A DNA stretch of 61,391 nt, the filler included, from Sphacelaria rigidula (lineage: Eukaryota), in NCBI GenBank assembly GCA_964200075.2. It is 10 parts of 10 records of this genome, joined end to end, with 100 filler letters (N's around TTAATTAATTAA, not from the genome) between each part and the next. Parts side by side here need not be neighbours in the genome. Positions count along the whole stretch, not along the records: positions 24,600 to 30,648 come from CAXNAA020022582.1; positions 30,749 to 36,797 come from CAXNAA020022583.1; positions 36,898 to 42,946 come from CAXNAA020022584.1; 7 more parts are not named here. One strand, 5' to 3'. Positions 24,500-37,750 of the stretch are shown piece by piece. A model generated the notes under the pieces. The model worked only from the letters and a program-made list of their open reading frames with translations. It was not told where the DNA came from and made no database searches. How positions within the stretch are numbered: position 1 is the first letter of the stretch; each line of letters opens with the position of its first letter. Position numbers and translations under genes: made by a program.

Positions 24500-26264
24500 N
24501 NNNNNNNNNNNNNNNNNNNNNNNNNNNNNNNNNNNNNNNNNNNTTAATTAATTAANNNNNNNNNNNNNNNNNNNNNNNNNNNNNNNNNNNNNNNNNNNNG
24601 GGCGCGCACCGTCTACCTTGTGCGCGGAGAAGGGGTAAAGACGATTCGTCGGGGGCATGTGTCCCAAACGTGAGTACTGCACCGTATGGCGTGGTACCGC
24701 GGGGATTTTTTTATCTGCAAAATGTTTTTTAGTTCCCAGGACTTCAGTACAGTATTCGCGCAGTGATGGGTTTTGATTTTGTGGGTGGAGTCAGACTGTT
24801 ACATTACAATCATGGGGATCAAAGGTGATGGTCGCGGTAAGCGTGCCTGCAGGTGGCTGCTGATCAGTGTGTCCCACACGAATATGGTGACATGAATTTG
24901 CGGTGCTGTAGTATACTTCTCATGTCAGAGGATTTGAGCTGAAGAGACTGTTTGACTGAAACTGCTCTGTACGTTTTCCTCATCCAGGTGGGACGAAATT
25001 TCGCAAGAAGATAGTCGGTGCATTCCGTTCTGCGGTTGTTTGTGACAAGAAAAATATCTGGGCCAAAACGTGAAATTAGACGGAGTATTATACGACGATG
25101 TATGATGGTAATAAGAAGAATGCGCACAAGGACCTCACGTGTATTGTGAAACATGAAGGACTGTCAGGCTGATTACGGTAGGTGGATGGCCTTGGTCGGC
25201 GTTGAGACCTTTTTACAGGGATATACCGATCTCACCCAAAGTGCATTGCACGTTCTATCATCCCTGAAAGTCTTCGTTGAATTTTCCTCTAACTTGGTTG
25301 GTCGATGGGTAGGTACTCGACTGCATAAAGTATTGCAAGATCCATCTTTCCTTGAAGTGTAGTTGAATTTCCCGAACTTTGCAGGTCGACGATAAAATGT
25401 ACTTGTTGTCATATCGGGTGGATGACTCGATTACATGATGATCTCGGTATGTGACCAGCGTTGAGGCCCTTTTCTACAGGGATGTACCGATCTCGACGTC
25501 AGGTATTACACTAAACCATTTCTCCTTCAGGTACAGGTAGATACGGTTGATGGCGAAGTGTATTTTCGGTACTTGTTTATCTGCGGATAAATACACATTA
25601 TTTTCGGCGCTGGGGTCATCTTTACATGAAGAGCCGACCCAGTCCCATGTGTTCCATTTTTTTCGTCACCTGTGGGGTGTGGGCTCGGGGTACCGCTTCC
25701 AGCCAGCACAGTGACGACAAAGTTATAAAGATCATCTCGATAGGTTCAGTGGGTAAAGCGCTATACCACTGGCTTGATTGTACAGACGATATAGGCATTT
25801 AGTCATCTCAGTGACGTGCAGAAGTACACATGTGAGTTATGACGACCAGTTGAATCCCAAGACATACTCCATAGAGTCAATCTTGGTTTAATGATACTGT
25901 TTGGTCCTTCATTTTAACAGAGTAGAAAGGGGCACTTCTCCTCGTGAATTTGCTTGAACTGCCCCTTGATCTCGATTCCCAAAAGGAGGTGGAAACACGA
26001 GAGGTGTCAAAGTGTGGTTGGTCGCGGCTTGTGGCATTGACGGTTGATTGAACTGGGGGGGGGCTGTTTGAAAAAGGAACAGTAATAACCGGTGTCCTGC
26101 GGGGTACAGACTGAGTACAAATCGCGTATGCTGTATGTGGTAGGTACGAACAAAAGACATGTTACGCATGACATGCAAAATAAGAAATGCTACCTTGAAC
26201 CCGTTTTGAATGTAGTTTTGAGGCTGTAGACTGGCAGAACAAGTTCCATGAGGTGAATAACAAG

Positions 26265-26710
26265 TGTTATTGCATGACACGATGAAAGAAGAAATGCTCA
26301 TTTTCCCCCCTACGTGATTGGTGGTCAAGATATACTGATGGCACTGGGATCGTGTACGGTGGGAGCATGCTGGCACGGCATGCCGAAACAAGAGTGTAGT
26401 GCGAAAAGTGGTCTTGGTTGACCGGAGTTGAAACCTGATTTTGCGCGGGCATGTTGACACATCATGGATAAACGAGTGTGTACCAGCTGTTATTGCATGA
26501 CACGATGAAAGAAGAAATGCTCATTTTCCCTCTACGTGATTGGTGGTCAAGTATATATTGATGGCACTGGAATCGTGTGCGGTGGGAGCATGCTGGCACG
26601 GCATGCCGAAACAAGAGTGTAGTGCGAAAATTGTTCTTGGTTGACCGGAGTTGAAACCTGATTTTGCGCGGGCATGTTGACACATCATGGATAAACAAGT
26701 GTGTAACAGG
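26265..26710. repeat. Tandem duplication, ~223-bp unit x2
   Basis: tgttattgcatgacacgatgaaag...acatcatggataaac repeated from 26265 and 26488. Confidence 0.9.
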
Positions 26711-28520
26711 AAGCAAAGATGCGAAAGATACAGATGACTGTTGAGATGTTAATCTTTGTGGAAAGTTTTTTTCCGTTTGATTATAACGGTCGGTGGAGTA
26801 GGTATCACTATATTGATGAGATGTGGTAAATGATACAATTTTGGATATTTCCCCATATTTTTACTGTGTCGTGTCGAGTCTCAATTCCCGGTGATGCTCG
26901 ATACTTGAAATTGCTCCGCGATAGGTACGAGCTGAAGTTGGGTGACGCGGCGAACCGGTAACGAGCACAACCCCCCGCTGCATGGACCTCTCGGTGGACA
27001 TCGGTGGGAAGAGGAAACAATGTTCCACGATGCCGACGCCCCCCCATGGCCGTAGCCCGAAACGAGGGGGGCAGGAGAGAGACGCAGACCGTTTGAAAGC
27101 AAAACAATGAGGGGGGGAAGCAGGATGTGATGTGATGTGCTTTTGATTGCGCGTGTTAGAAACAATTGAGCAAAACTTCGCTCTGGCGGTTCGCTGTTCG
27201 CTAAGTAGAATTCTGGTTGATTGACAGTAGTGTCGAGAAATATTGCTACGCCGGATCGCGATGCAAGAGTTGCATGGTGTTTGACTGAAATGCATTCCTT
27301 GTTTTTCTGTTCGGAAGATTGATGTTTCGAAGATTTAAAAAAAAGGGCATGTGCACCTGATGATGCGCACGCTGTACTTCGAAAGGTGAGCGTGAGGGTT
27401 TCTCTGTTTTTCTGTTTGGAAGGTTGATATCTCGGAGTTTGAAAAATAGGGCATGTTCACTTGATGATGCGCGCCCTGTACTGCAAGATATGCGTGAGGG
27501 TCTTGACTTTGTACTATGCTGCAGGTTTGGATACATGTCTGAACCGATACTCGGTGTGCAATGTATTGCTTGCACCATGTGGAAGCGCAGAACATGATAA
27601 TTTGTTTGCAAGTTTCCAAAGTACGGATATTATTATTATTCTAGTTCCGAGAGGGCTTGGTTTTGAATCTTGGAACGGTGATCGGGATCTTTAGCGCAAG
27701 AATTTGAATGAGGTACAGAGTTTTGAAGTACTGTAACCTTTCGAAAGAAGGGGCGGGGCGCACATGTGATTCTGGTATATATTGTCTAATGGGGGGCAGG
27801 TGCGATTTTTCTCCGACAGTACCTGCTCAATGACGTGAGTGGTCTTGAGAGACATCCCCGCTCACAGGGTGAATCGTTGTCTCGATTGATTTCCCGTGAG
27901 CCTACAACTGAAACGAATGCCCAAGGGGGGTGCTGAGGTGAACAGCCTTTTCAGTGTAGTCTATAGTACCGATCAGCCACGGTACAGAGGTATCCGTCTT
28001 CACGGGTTGTGACAGTCACATGCGGTGGGATTTGATACCATAGTAGGCGTATGTCTTGTACCTACGTACGCAATGTTTGCTCGTCATGGTGTTGGGGTAG
28101 CCACACCCAGACCCTTCGTTCTCTTCCTTCTTTTCCTTCCTTGACTTGCTTAGTCAAGCTATGTAATACTACTCTTCTACATCAACATGATCGGCTCAGC
28201 CGTGTCCTTTGGTCGACTTCATCAGTCGTGTCTAGCTGTCCCTGTTTATGGATCACGTATCAAGGAACACGCATCAGGTTCTCTTGTTGCAAAATCACAG
28301 CGTCCTTATTGATGCTTTATGTTACAGCTTGGTCACAGAGAGACAAACACAACAATACAGCACATCAAGCAACTCAGCGGAGACCAAACCGTCTTCGCAA
28401 GATGCAACAACGGAGCACAACACCTGCACACCCAGCCCTGAAAAAACATGCACAGACACCCACCACTCACGCGCATCGTTCAAGCGATACCTGATCATCT
28501 ACAAACGACAGCCTTCGTCT

Positions 28521-28813
28521 CACGGGTGGCCACTGGGGTCTGTAACCTGGCCTTTTTGGGACCTTATCCACATTTGGTAAGGTCCGCGGATTAGGTGGAC
28601 AACTGAAGAGCATTCGCGCAGCATGGACAGGTTCAAAACAAAACATGTTCCAGTCGACAGGGGAGTCACCCGCCTATAGACTGGGATATGTTTTGTTTCG
28701 ATCCTGTCCATGCTGTGCGAATGCTCCTCAGTTGTCTACCCAATCCGCGGACCTTACCAAATGTGGATGAGGTCCCGAAATGGCCAGGTTACAGACCACA
28801 GTGGTCATCCGTG
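28521..28813. mobile_element. Second copy of the CAC-ended palindromic MITE, opposite orientation
   Basis: Near-identical to 13765-14057; sits in one unit of a local duplication (28440-28905 vs 29012-29200) whose other unit lacks it. Confidence 0.9.
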
Positions 28814-30800
28814 TTGACGGAAATCCGTCCAGTACGCATGCGTGCAACAAAAAACGGTAAAACTCCCAGTCCTTGCATAAGCCTCCGGTTACTTGCGCCG
28901 ATTGACGGGCTGTATTCATATTCAAAACTTTGAACCCAAATCTGCACGTTCCACAAATCAATGTTTTTGTGTGGTCGTTAGTCCAAGCAGGTCCAAGGTA
29001 TGCTGCCGACTCTGAAAATACACGCACAGACACCCACCACTCACGCGCATCGTTCAAGCGATACCTCATCATCTACACACGACAGCCTTTGTTTGACGGA
29101 CATCCGTCCAGTATTCGATGAAAGGCGACGCTTGCGTGCAAGAAAAAACGGTAAAAATCCCAGTTCTCGCGTAACCCTCCGGCTACTTGCGCCGATTGAC
29201 ACAACAGAGTTTACCAGATGGTCGGAAAAAAATGGTTCAAAATATTTTATACTCGTTGTAGTGTTGCCCAGTGCGCTGGATCTCACCAAGTTTCAGGCGC
29301 AGGAGTGAAGATGAAACCGCCAACAGGTATCCCCGACAGAAGAAAAAACCGATAACAACCAACCTTTTGGATGGCAAGCTGGGACCGGCACGGAGATCTG
29401 GGAAGAGTCAGATAACTGATTAAATAAATGTCCGCACTACGAGAGCACTCGGTTGGTTCTGAACCAAAACAAAGTTGAACTCCGTCGGCCATTCTTGCTG
29501 TACTATTGGCGGCTGCTGCTTTACTGATTGTACAGTAGTACTCCGCACCACCGCGGGCTCCATGCATTCGCCAGTGCGGCTCCGTCCACGTGATGAGAGA
29601 CACTGTAAAGCATCGGTTAGCTGGTTGTGCCACATGAGCGGGTCATTGCCGATGACTCATTACAGATATACAGTATTGGCAGATCACAATCAATCGATGC
29701 ACATCCCACTTGTTTCTGGCACCCACTCGCACCTACTCCACCGTGGTTTGTTCGAAATGATGCACGTCCCAGCACGTCTGGTATTTCCCAAACGAGTTGA
29801 GGGTGTGTGCTATGCCGATGTTATTATGCTTGGTATGTCTTGTACACGCACAAGATGCTTTGCACATGCGCCGGGTTTTCTGATGCGACCGTGAAGGCAC
29901 CTTAGTCTGAAACACCGCCCAGCCTGTACATGATTTGCAACATGGGATACCACCCTGGTAACGGTCAGCGTATAATACAAATGTACATTTCTCCCGCCGC
30001 GGCGTCCCTACGTTCGCTGTTGCATCCTCGCCAGCGATGTACTGACGCAATCCAAAGCATTTGCCAGCACGGTCGAACTGATGGTGTCACTAGCGCGTTT
30101 GCCTCGTTCGATGCCCACTGGCATTCCGGGAGACACGTGTTGCACGTGTATGTCAAGACGGATCTACAAGCAGTGGCCAGGGATAGGATCGGGAGAACCT
30201 ACCTGTAGGGGGAACTCGACGAGCGACGACTCCGGTCTCAGCTCCGCATTCCTGCGCACCCTTGCGCACGTGGAACGACATCACTCGGACTAGAACGATA
30301 ATGTCTGGAATTTGCGTGGTGCGATGCGTGAAAGGGTTGTCATCGTCAATATATGGCCCTTACTTTCTTTCCGTCCCTTCTTCTGCTTGTATGCCGTTCT
30401 TGTTTTTCTTCATTGAGGGTGTCTGTCTCTTCTGTCCCTTTTCCATTCCATTCCAATGTAGGGAAGGATAGGAAAATTGGAAGTGCGATCTATTGAATGC
30501 GCACGTGGAACGACATCACTCGGACTAGAACAATAATGTCTGGAATTTGCGTGGTGCGATGCGCGAAAGAGTTGTCCATACGTCGGACAAGCACGAGTGT
30601 CACTCGTGGCACTCGTGCTCGTTGGGCGGCTCGTTGGCCGAAAAATGANNNNNNNNNNNNNNNNNNNNNNNNNNNNNNNNNNNNNNNNNNNNTTAATTAA
30701 TTAANNNNNNNNNNNNNNNNNNNNNNNNNNNNNNNNNNNNNNNNNNNNTGGTTTGTGGTTGTGTTTGGGGTGGGGGGGGGTGGGGTGGGGGGGGGGGGGT

Positions 30801-30833
<33 letters not shown>

Positions 30834-31482
30834 GGCAGCTGGCGGCATCTCCTGATGCTTAGCTTTGCCCTATTTTTTCTCTACCTTCCGTCGTCTCCTT
30901 CCCTGTTCTCCCCTTTCCCCACCTTTCTCTCTTGAATATGTGTTCTTTCCTGCCGGTGTATGGTAGAGCAGCGTGGTACCTCGCTTCATTGTATTTCTTC
31001 GTAGATGAGAAGGCCCATACCCTAAATAGAGCGCATGTAGTAGATGAGCTGTAATATTTCCCCTCTCGCGGTCTTGTGTTCCCAACGACTGGATATGAGT
31101 GTGGTTCTGCGCAAGACCTTGTACGCCCAAGCCATATGGCAGAGACCAGCCATTTGTTTGCTTTGCTTTGCTTCTCCTTCTCCTTCTCCTTCTCCTTTTC
31201 TTTTTTCCTTTTCCTTCTTTTCTTTTTCTCAAGCGAATATTTGAGTTTTCTCATGTCTTGGGTACTTACATCAAGTGACCACGGCTAAATTGATCCCTAG
31301 GGGCGTCGATTCAAGTGTGACAACCGATCGAAAATCAAATCAATCGAATTCTGACTGTATCATAATCGATTGTTGACTTTCAGCTGTTGTTGATGACTAT
31401 GTCGCATGTCTTCTCTGATCTCCCTGTTTATTTCCCTTCGAATTTTTCGTTTCTCTCCTGACCGGTTTTTCCGTTACACCAG

Positions 31483-34400
31483 CTTAAGCGGGTCCCCGAC
31501 AAAGTCGCGACCGCAGCAGCTGAGGCGGCCTCCAGTGCGGCAGACGCTGCTCAAAAGACCGCAGATGCGAAGGTATCATCGCAACAGTCAAGAGAAAGTA
31601 ACCGCAATTCAGTACCTACTCGTGTACAGTGAGTACCGCGTGATGAATAGAGTGATGGGGGTCTGTTGCAGGCGATTGTATGGTAGTTTCCCCCGTTCTG
31701 TCGTTACAGGTAGTGATTGGCCTCCGCACGCTCAGTTGGTATCTGACGGAAGGAGTAATCGTTCTTTTTTCCTTTGCCAGTTGAGTCGAATATTCTCGCA
31801 ATCTTTCTTGTTCCCGCGTGTGTTGGATGATGACATTCCCCATTAGGAGAAGGAGTTATTGTTTGTCGGGTCCCTGCGTCCCAGTGTGCTACCTCCATGT
31901 GCCTAATAAATGTGCAAGTAAGAGTGAGATGTCTTTTTTGTCCACAGCGGCAGAGTGTACGCTACGAGTGGAATTCCTGTAGAATTGCTAGCTTGCCTCT
32001 CGTATGTATTTTTTCTCAACACCATGTCATATTTCATGTCTGTGAAATAAGTCGAAGATAATAACCCCTCACTCCGTTGCGGCTGCGTTGTACCTATGTC
32101 GATGTCTATACCGTCGTGACCTTTGCTTTGACTGGCCAGATTAAGGAAATAACGGCGGCGCCGAGCAAGCTACTAGACGACGTCGTGAGCAAGGTTGAAG
32201 CTGTGCTGCCGGCGGCTCCTGAGAAGGTGAATGTCGCATACCTCTCGCCCCCCTTATCCACGTTTCAAATATGTGTTTTCGATGCCAGTCGACGACAACA
32301 TGAAGAAATAAAAATGTGGATACTTCTTAGAATATAGCAGGTGTATGCAGGAATTTTGTATTGTAGCCCCCCAACCCTGAACCCTGCTTTCGAGTTGTCG
32401 ACGCACATACTCACTGTCGTTCATTTCTCGTTTGCCTTCGTACCCACTTCGCTATCATATCGCCTAATACAGGTACCTGCCGCGAAACCCAAGCCTGCTT
32501 CGCCTAGCCCGCCCCCGAAGGCGGCAGCCACACAAGAGGCCCCTGCCGTCACCGCCTCCGCTGCGTCAAAGGTTGCGCCCGAACCCGCGGCACCGAAGGC
32601 CGTTAGCAAGCCCGCACCCAAGCCTGCAGCACCGAAAGCTGTAACGAAGTCCGCACCAAAGCCCGCAGCACCGAAGGTCGTAACCAAGCCCCCGTCACCC
32701 ACGCCGGCGGCGCCGAAGCGCCCGGTTGTTGAAAAGGTTGCGCCAATGGCAAAGTCGCCTGCGCCTGCGCCTGCACCCTCTCCGGCCCCGGCGGCCAAGA
32801 AGATGCCTCCTCTGAGCGTGCAGCTGAAGCCTCCCGCGTCCAAGACTTCGACAGCGACGTCAGCGAAATCGTCTACGGCCACCGCTACGCCTACCGCCCC
32901 TGCTACCAAACCTAAAGCACCGTCCGGTCCGTTTGGTGGTCTGTTCGGAGGAGGGGGAGGAGGAGGAGAGGTGAAGAAAGCTGCGCCGAAGGCGCCCGCG
33001 CCGGCACCCGCGTCCTCACCGGCCCCGGCGCCAAAGGCGAAGTCGCCTACGCCTGCGCCTGCGCCCTCTCCGACCCCGGAGGCCAAGAAGATGCCTCCTC
33101 TGAGCGTGCAGCTGAAGCCTTCCGCGTCCAAGACTTCGACAGCGACGCCCGCAAAATCTTCTACGGCCACCGCTACGACTACCGCCCCTGCTTCTAAAGC
33201 TAAAGCGCCGTCCGGTCCGTTTGGTGGTCTGTTCGGAGGAGGAGGGGTGAAGAAGGCTGCGCCGAAGGCGCCCGCACCCGCACCCGCACCCGCGTCCTCG
33301 CCGGCCCCGGCAGCCAAGAAGATGCCCCCCTTGAGCGTGCAGACCAAGCCTTCCGCATCGAAAGCTGCTGTGCGGCCTCAAGTTTCACCGAAGGCGACTG
33401 CGCCGGCTCCGACTCCAGCTCCTACCCCGCCTCCTGCCCCGCCAGTCAAGAAGATGCCACCGCTGAGCGTGCAACTCAAACCTTCCGCACCTAAGCCTGC
33501 GCCGACACCGGCACCAACCCCGGTTGCTGCTGCCGCCAAGCCCAAGCCCAAGCCCAAGCCAAAACCGAAGGCGCCTCCTGCCTCTCCGTTCGGCGGTTTG
33601 TTCGGAGGGGGCGGCAGCGGCGGTGATAAGAAGAAGCCGGCAGCTTCTGTCAGTAAAGCTGCTGCGGCCAGCAAAGCGACCACCACGCCGAAGCCGCCGC
33701 CGCCGCCACCGCCGCCGTCAAACCCGTTCGGCGGGCTATTCGGCAGCGGCGGGGGGGGGGAGAAGCAGGTGTCTAAGACGCCGCCGCGACCGACTTCGGC
33801 TGCCGCGCCCGCGCGATCCGCACCGAAGCCTGTTGCCAAGAAAGTCGAAGTTAAGAAGGCTCCCGTAAAGGCGCCGGCGCCAGCGCCGGTGTCGGCTGCT
33901 TCGAGGAGTGGCTCTGGTTCAGGCGGGGGATTCTTCAGTGCCTTGTTTGGAGGCGGGGGGAGCGATGGCGCGACCGTCGCAAGCAAAGAGGGAGAACCTC
34001 AGGCGAAGGCTGGGGCAGCGAAAGCAGATACGGATAGGTTTTTCCAGCCCAGGCTTGTCGCCATTGTGAGTGAAACCGACCACGGTCGGTGTACAGCGCA
34101 TTGTACGACGATACTGTCATCACGTATTGTTGCGGGGGTATTATATCTATATCTATATCTGTATATATATGCCGCTTGCCGATCGTTTTTTGTTCTTGTC
34201 TGTTGAGAAGTTGTACATGCAAGGTGGATCATTGGATCCACGTAGGTTCTCCTTCGTAGTGCCTCCCCACCTATCTCGCAGCTTGAGATACCGGTACAGT
34301 AGCTGAGGATCAATGGATTCTGATGTCCGTTCTCTTGCCGATGAAATTCATATGGATGTACCCTAGCCCCTCTTGAATGGTGTACACGTACGGGAGTCCT

Positions 34401-35512
34401 ATGCGAGTACGAGGACATGATCGCAGATGTTTTTCCTCAGTACTTGCTTTGGCTGCATCTTCCAAAACGGCTACAAGTTGAAAGTCAAAAACAGGCGTGG
34501 TCGTTTTCTCGCCTTTGCGTAAAAGCTACACCGCCGCCAACTTCCAGCGTAATCGGACAAGATTTCAGGGGTCTTGGTGTTTGTACCAAACAGACCGCCC
34601 ATCATCGGATATCGCTACCATGCCGTGGTTGTTTTGTCCCGGGGTAGTTTGGAAAGGTGAAAAGTGCCGGGATGGGTGATCAGAGCGCGCGGCGCACGTC
34701 AGGTTGGCTGCGTGGTTGCAGATAATCTACTTATTATTGTGTTCCGTTTTTTTGCTGTTCGTATTTTGTTTAGCGCCGTTGACCTTTTTTGTTTCCTACT
34801 CGAGTAGCGGTACCAGCATGCGTGGCCCACTCGTTTGTGGTCAAGTCATGTACTCTAGCTGAGCAATATCGAAGGTTCACGTACCCCCCTGTATGAAATG
34901 AAGGCCTGTGACGTCCGGGGGGTACGCCACATCTGTGGTCTGCAGACTGGGGCAAGCGATGCCGTCTTTGGTCCTGATCGATATGTCGAGTCATACCGCT
35001 GGTTATAACGCCTGTAGCACACACACCACCTGCTCTGTATATTCATGTCTGTAAGTCTATTCACCTGGGGTTGTGGTTTTCCTTTTTTTTTTGTCTGTGT
35101 TTTTTTGTCTTTCGTTCTTTTTTACTTTTGCCCCGCTTTTTTTTCTACATGTCATTGTTTTTTTGGTATTTTCCCATTTGCTCGAGTTCTCTCTGAGCGA
35201 GTGTTTCCTTTTTTTTCACCTTGGATGCGTACATATATCGTGTGTTATGCCCACGGCGTGGGGAACAGGTGATACACGTGCGGTACAATCAATTAATCAA
35301 TCATTCATGGCAGAAAGTAGTCATCCCCTCGCTCTCCTCCCCCCCCAACTCGGTGTGTGCGGTACTCTGCCCCCCTTGTATCCACGTCTCTGCAGCTATC
35401 GAGAAAGATGGACGACGATACGTTGAAGAAACTGGAGGCTTTAACTGTGAAGTACATGGGCGGCGGGTCGCCGACGGCGTACATCAAGACCGCTTCACAA
35501 TTAATCGGAGAG
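31483..35512 (+). CDS. Partial multi-exon gene: Pro/Ala/Lys-rich disordered repeat protein with small helical C-terminal domain
   Basis: Phase-0 AG/GT exons 31483-31572, 32140-32226, 32473-34065, 35396-35512 join in frame (..RFFQPRLVAI|LSRKMDDDTLKKLEALTVKYMGGGSPTAYIK..); 4x KKMPPLSVQ(L/T)KP and 4x PFGGLFG plus GFFSALFG. Confidence 0.85.
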
Positions 35513-37750
35513 GTGCGTACCCGCAGCACCTTCCTTGCAAGGGTTGGCTTGTTGGGTAGGGTGAATACCCGGGTATGTACTCATCCCGAGTTTTGTGTCG
35601 CGATGATTCGATCTCCAGACTCTACCCAATATTCGGCTAAGGTTCGATATGATCGCAATACTCAACTCAATATCTGGGTTTTGTCGAGTACGATTTTTTC
35701 TCAATTTTTAAATGTAGGAGATATCCTACCCAACACACTCATGGTACCTTGCGTGGGTGTTTGTGTGCGTGCGCGCGTGCGTGCGGTGTACGGCTCGTTC
35801 GTTGGCCAACAGTTGCACGAAATTGTCGTAGGAAAGTAGACAATACTTCTTCCGTCCGCGGGAAAATCATCTCCCATGGTGTTTGTTTGCCCGTGATATA
35901 ATCGCTCTCGAATGGTTGGGAGGGTTGTTTGTGTGTGTTGGAGAGAGGAATTTGTTGTTGTTGTTGTGTGTCACTCGTTGGTGTGTGAGATACAATTTCA
36001 ACATAATTAAAAAGCATTTAGGTATCGAGTCTTGTTTTGTTTTTTGCTATACAGGAAGACCACTGAAAGAGGAGCGGAGAGTCTCCCATGATGTTTTATT
36101 TTGATCCTCGTGAACTGTTCATCGTTGAACCCCCCCCACCCCCACCCCCACTCCTCCCACGATTATTTTGTGCGCGGTGGGATAACCCTAATTCCGCACA
36201 AAGGGGATGATCATACTACATAGTACTTTACATGATGAGGCACCGTTGAGGCAGTGTGTAATCCGTGGCTGTCTCTGAAAGTGGCGATACCAGCAAATAA
36301 AGCAACTCACTCGAGGCCATCATCCAAATGCAAGATAATCAGGACACTTTGGGCCGAACAAACTTGCCAGGATGCAGATCACCCTTCATGCGACTCGCCG
36401 CGCACATGACGGTGCTTCGCGCTTGGTGATTATTTGCGAGCCTGGTCCGACAAACACCCGGCGTGGTTCGTCCCGGCTTTGTAGGGATGCGAGGTCAACG
36501 GTCATATGACTACGGCATGCATGACCATGAATACCCACTTCCTCCTCCTCTGCTTTTTTTTTTTCGATTGCACTGCGAGGTGCGATGAAGTCATTTTCTA
36601 TTTCTGCTATGTAGGCCACTAATGTGAATGTAGCTTGATGTTTTTATTCAGTGTGCGAAATCTTCTGCACAAGGAATTCGCGTTTTCATCCAGTCAAGCG
36701 GGTCTGATCGTCACCCGTGTATATCTCCCGCGGACCCCCGATGGGGTTGGCGTCGCTTGGCGATGACGCTAAAAAACACGCCACTCACTACGTAAGCNNN
36801 NNNNNNNNNNNNNNNNNNNNNNNNNNNNNNNNNNNNNNNNNTTAATTAATTAANNNNNNNNNNNNNNNNNNNNNNNNNNNNNNNNNNNNNNNNNNNNTGT
36901 GCGGCGTGGGAGAACCTCAACTCCGCACAGTGGGGATGATCATACCACGCAGTGTTTAAATGGTGAGACACTTAGTCAGGCCTTCTCGGACACAGATCGA
37001 AGCCCTTTATCGTGGGTTCCATGTATTCAGTCTAACTTGTCAATCCGACAGTATCCGGCGGAGCAGCACGATTTCTAGGACTTCCATGAAAGGAAAAAAC
37101 AATCGGCGTCATTCAATTCGATTACTCGCCGTCAAGAATTGACATGTTTCTGCAACTTCGCCCGATAGTCTTGTCGAACAAGCGAATTGGATTCCACGTA
37201 CTGCTCCTACGAGGAAGAGCATTCGCATCCGTTCAGTATGCATCGTGTCAAAGGTCTGCCGTTCAGGTCAAAATTGCGAAAAAAAACTAGAGAACAGTTT
37301 CAAGTACGAAAAAGAGAAGAAAATTACATCTTCCCGAACACATATATGTTGATACTCTTTCAGGATACATTGATCCAGGACGGTGTATGACACGGGGGAT
37401 ATTCTTGAAGGGGACAGTTAACCATTGAACCATTAGTGAGCGCCCACTAGTGGTTCAGCGGTCAACTGTCAACTTCATGAACGAGAGACACTTTAGATTC
37501 CACTTACTACAATCGATGATGGCGGCCTCGAACCGCAAATCTGCTCTCCCTAGAGCAGATATTTGGCCTTGGAACTACTACTGAGGTGAGTGCTCACCGG
37601 TGATTCAAGGGTCATTTGTCCACACTAGGTACAGGGGCAAGCTCCTTCGTCAGTAGAAACAGTGCTACGGGTGTCGTGACGATAATTAACCGACCACCGG
37701 CTCGATTGTGTCAGTACTCTGCAAAAATGAGTGCCAGATGTTAGCGTCAC

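Noticed and set aside
24600..30648. Short ORFs and possible exon fragments in contig 5, and at 46690-47090 and 49530-49850
   Set aside because: No consistent spliced frame or recognisable motif could be assembled
32929..33960. GLFG nucleoporin (Nup98-like) call
   Set aside because: Only four or five motifs in Pro/Lys/Ala spacers rather than dense FG repeats in N/Q/T/S spacers; no nucleoporin domain seen
32421..33986. Long minus-strand Gly/Ala-rich ORFs (308 and 202 aa)
   Set aside because: Antisense shadows of the GC-rich Pro/Ala/Lys exon on the plus strand
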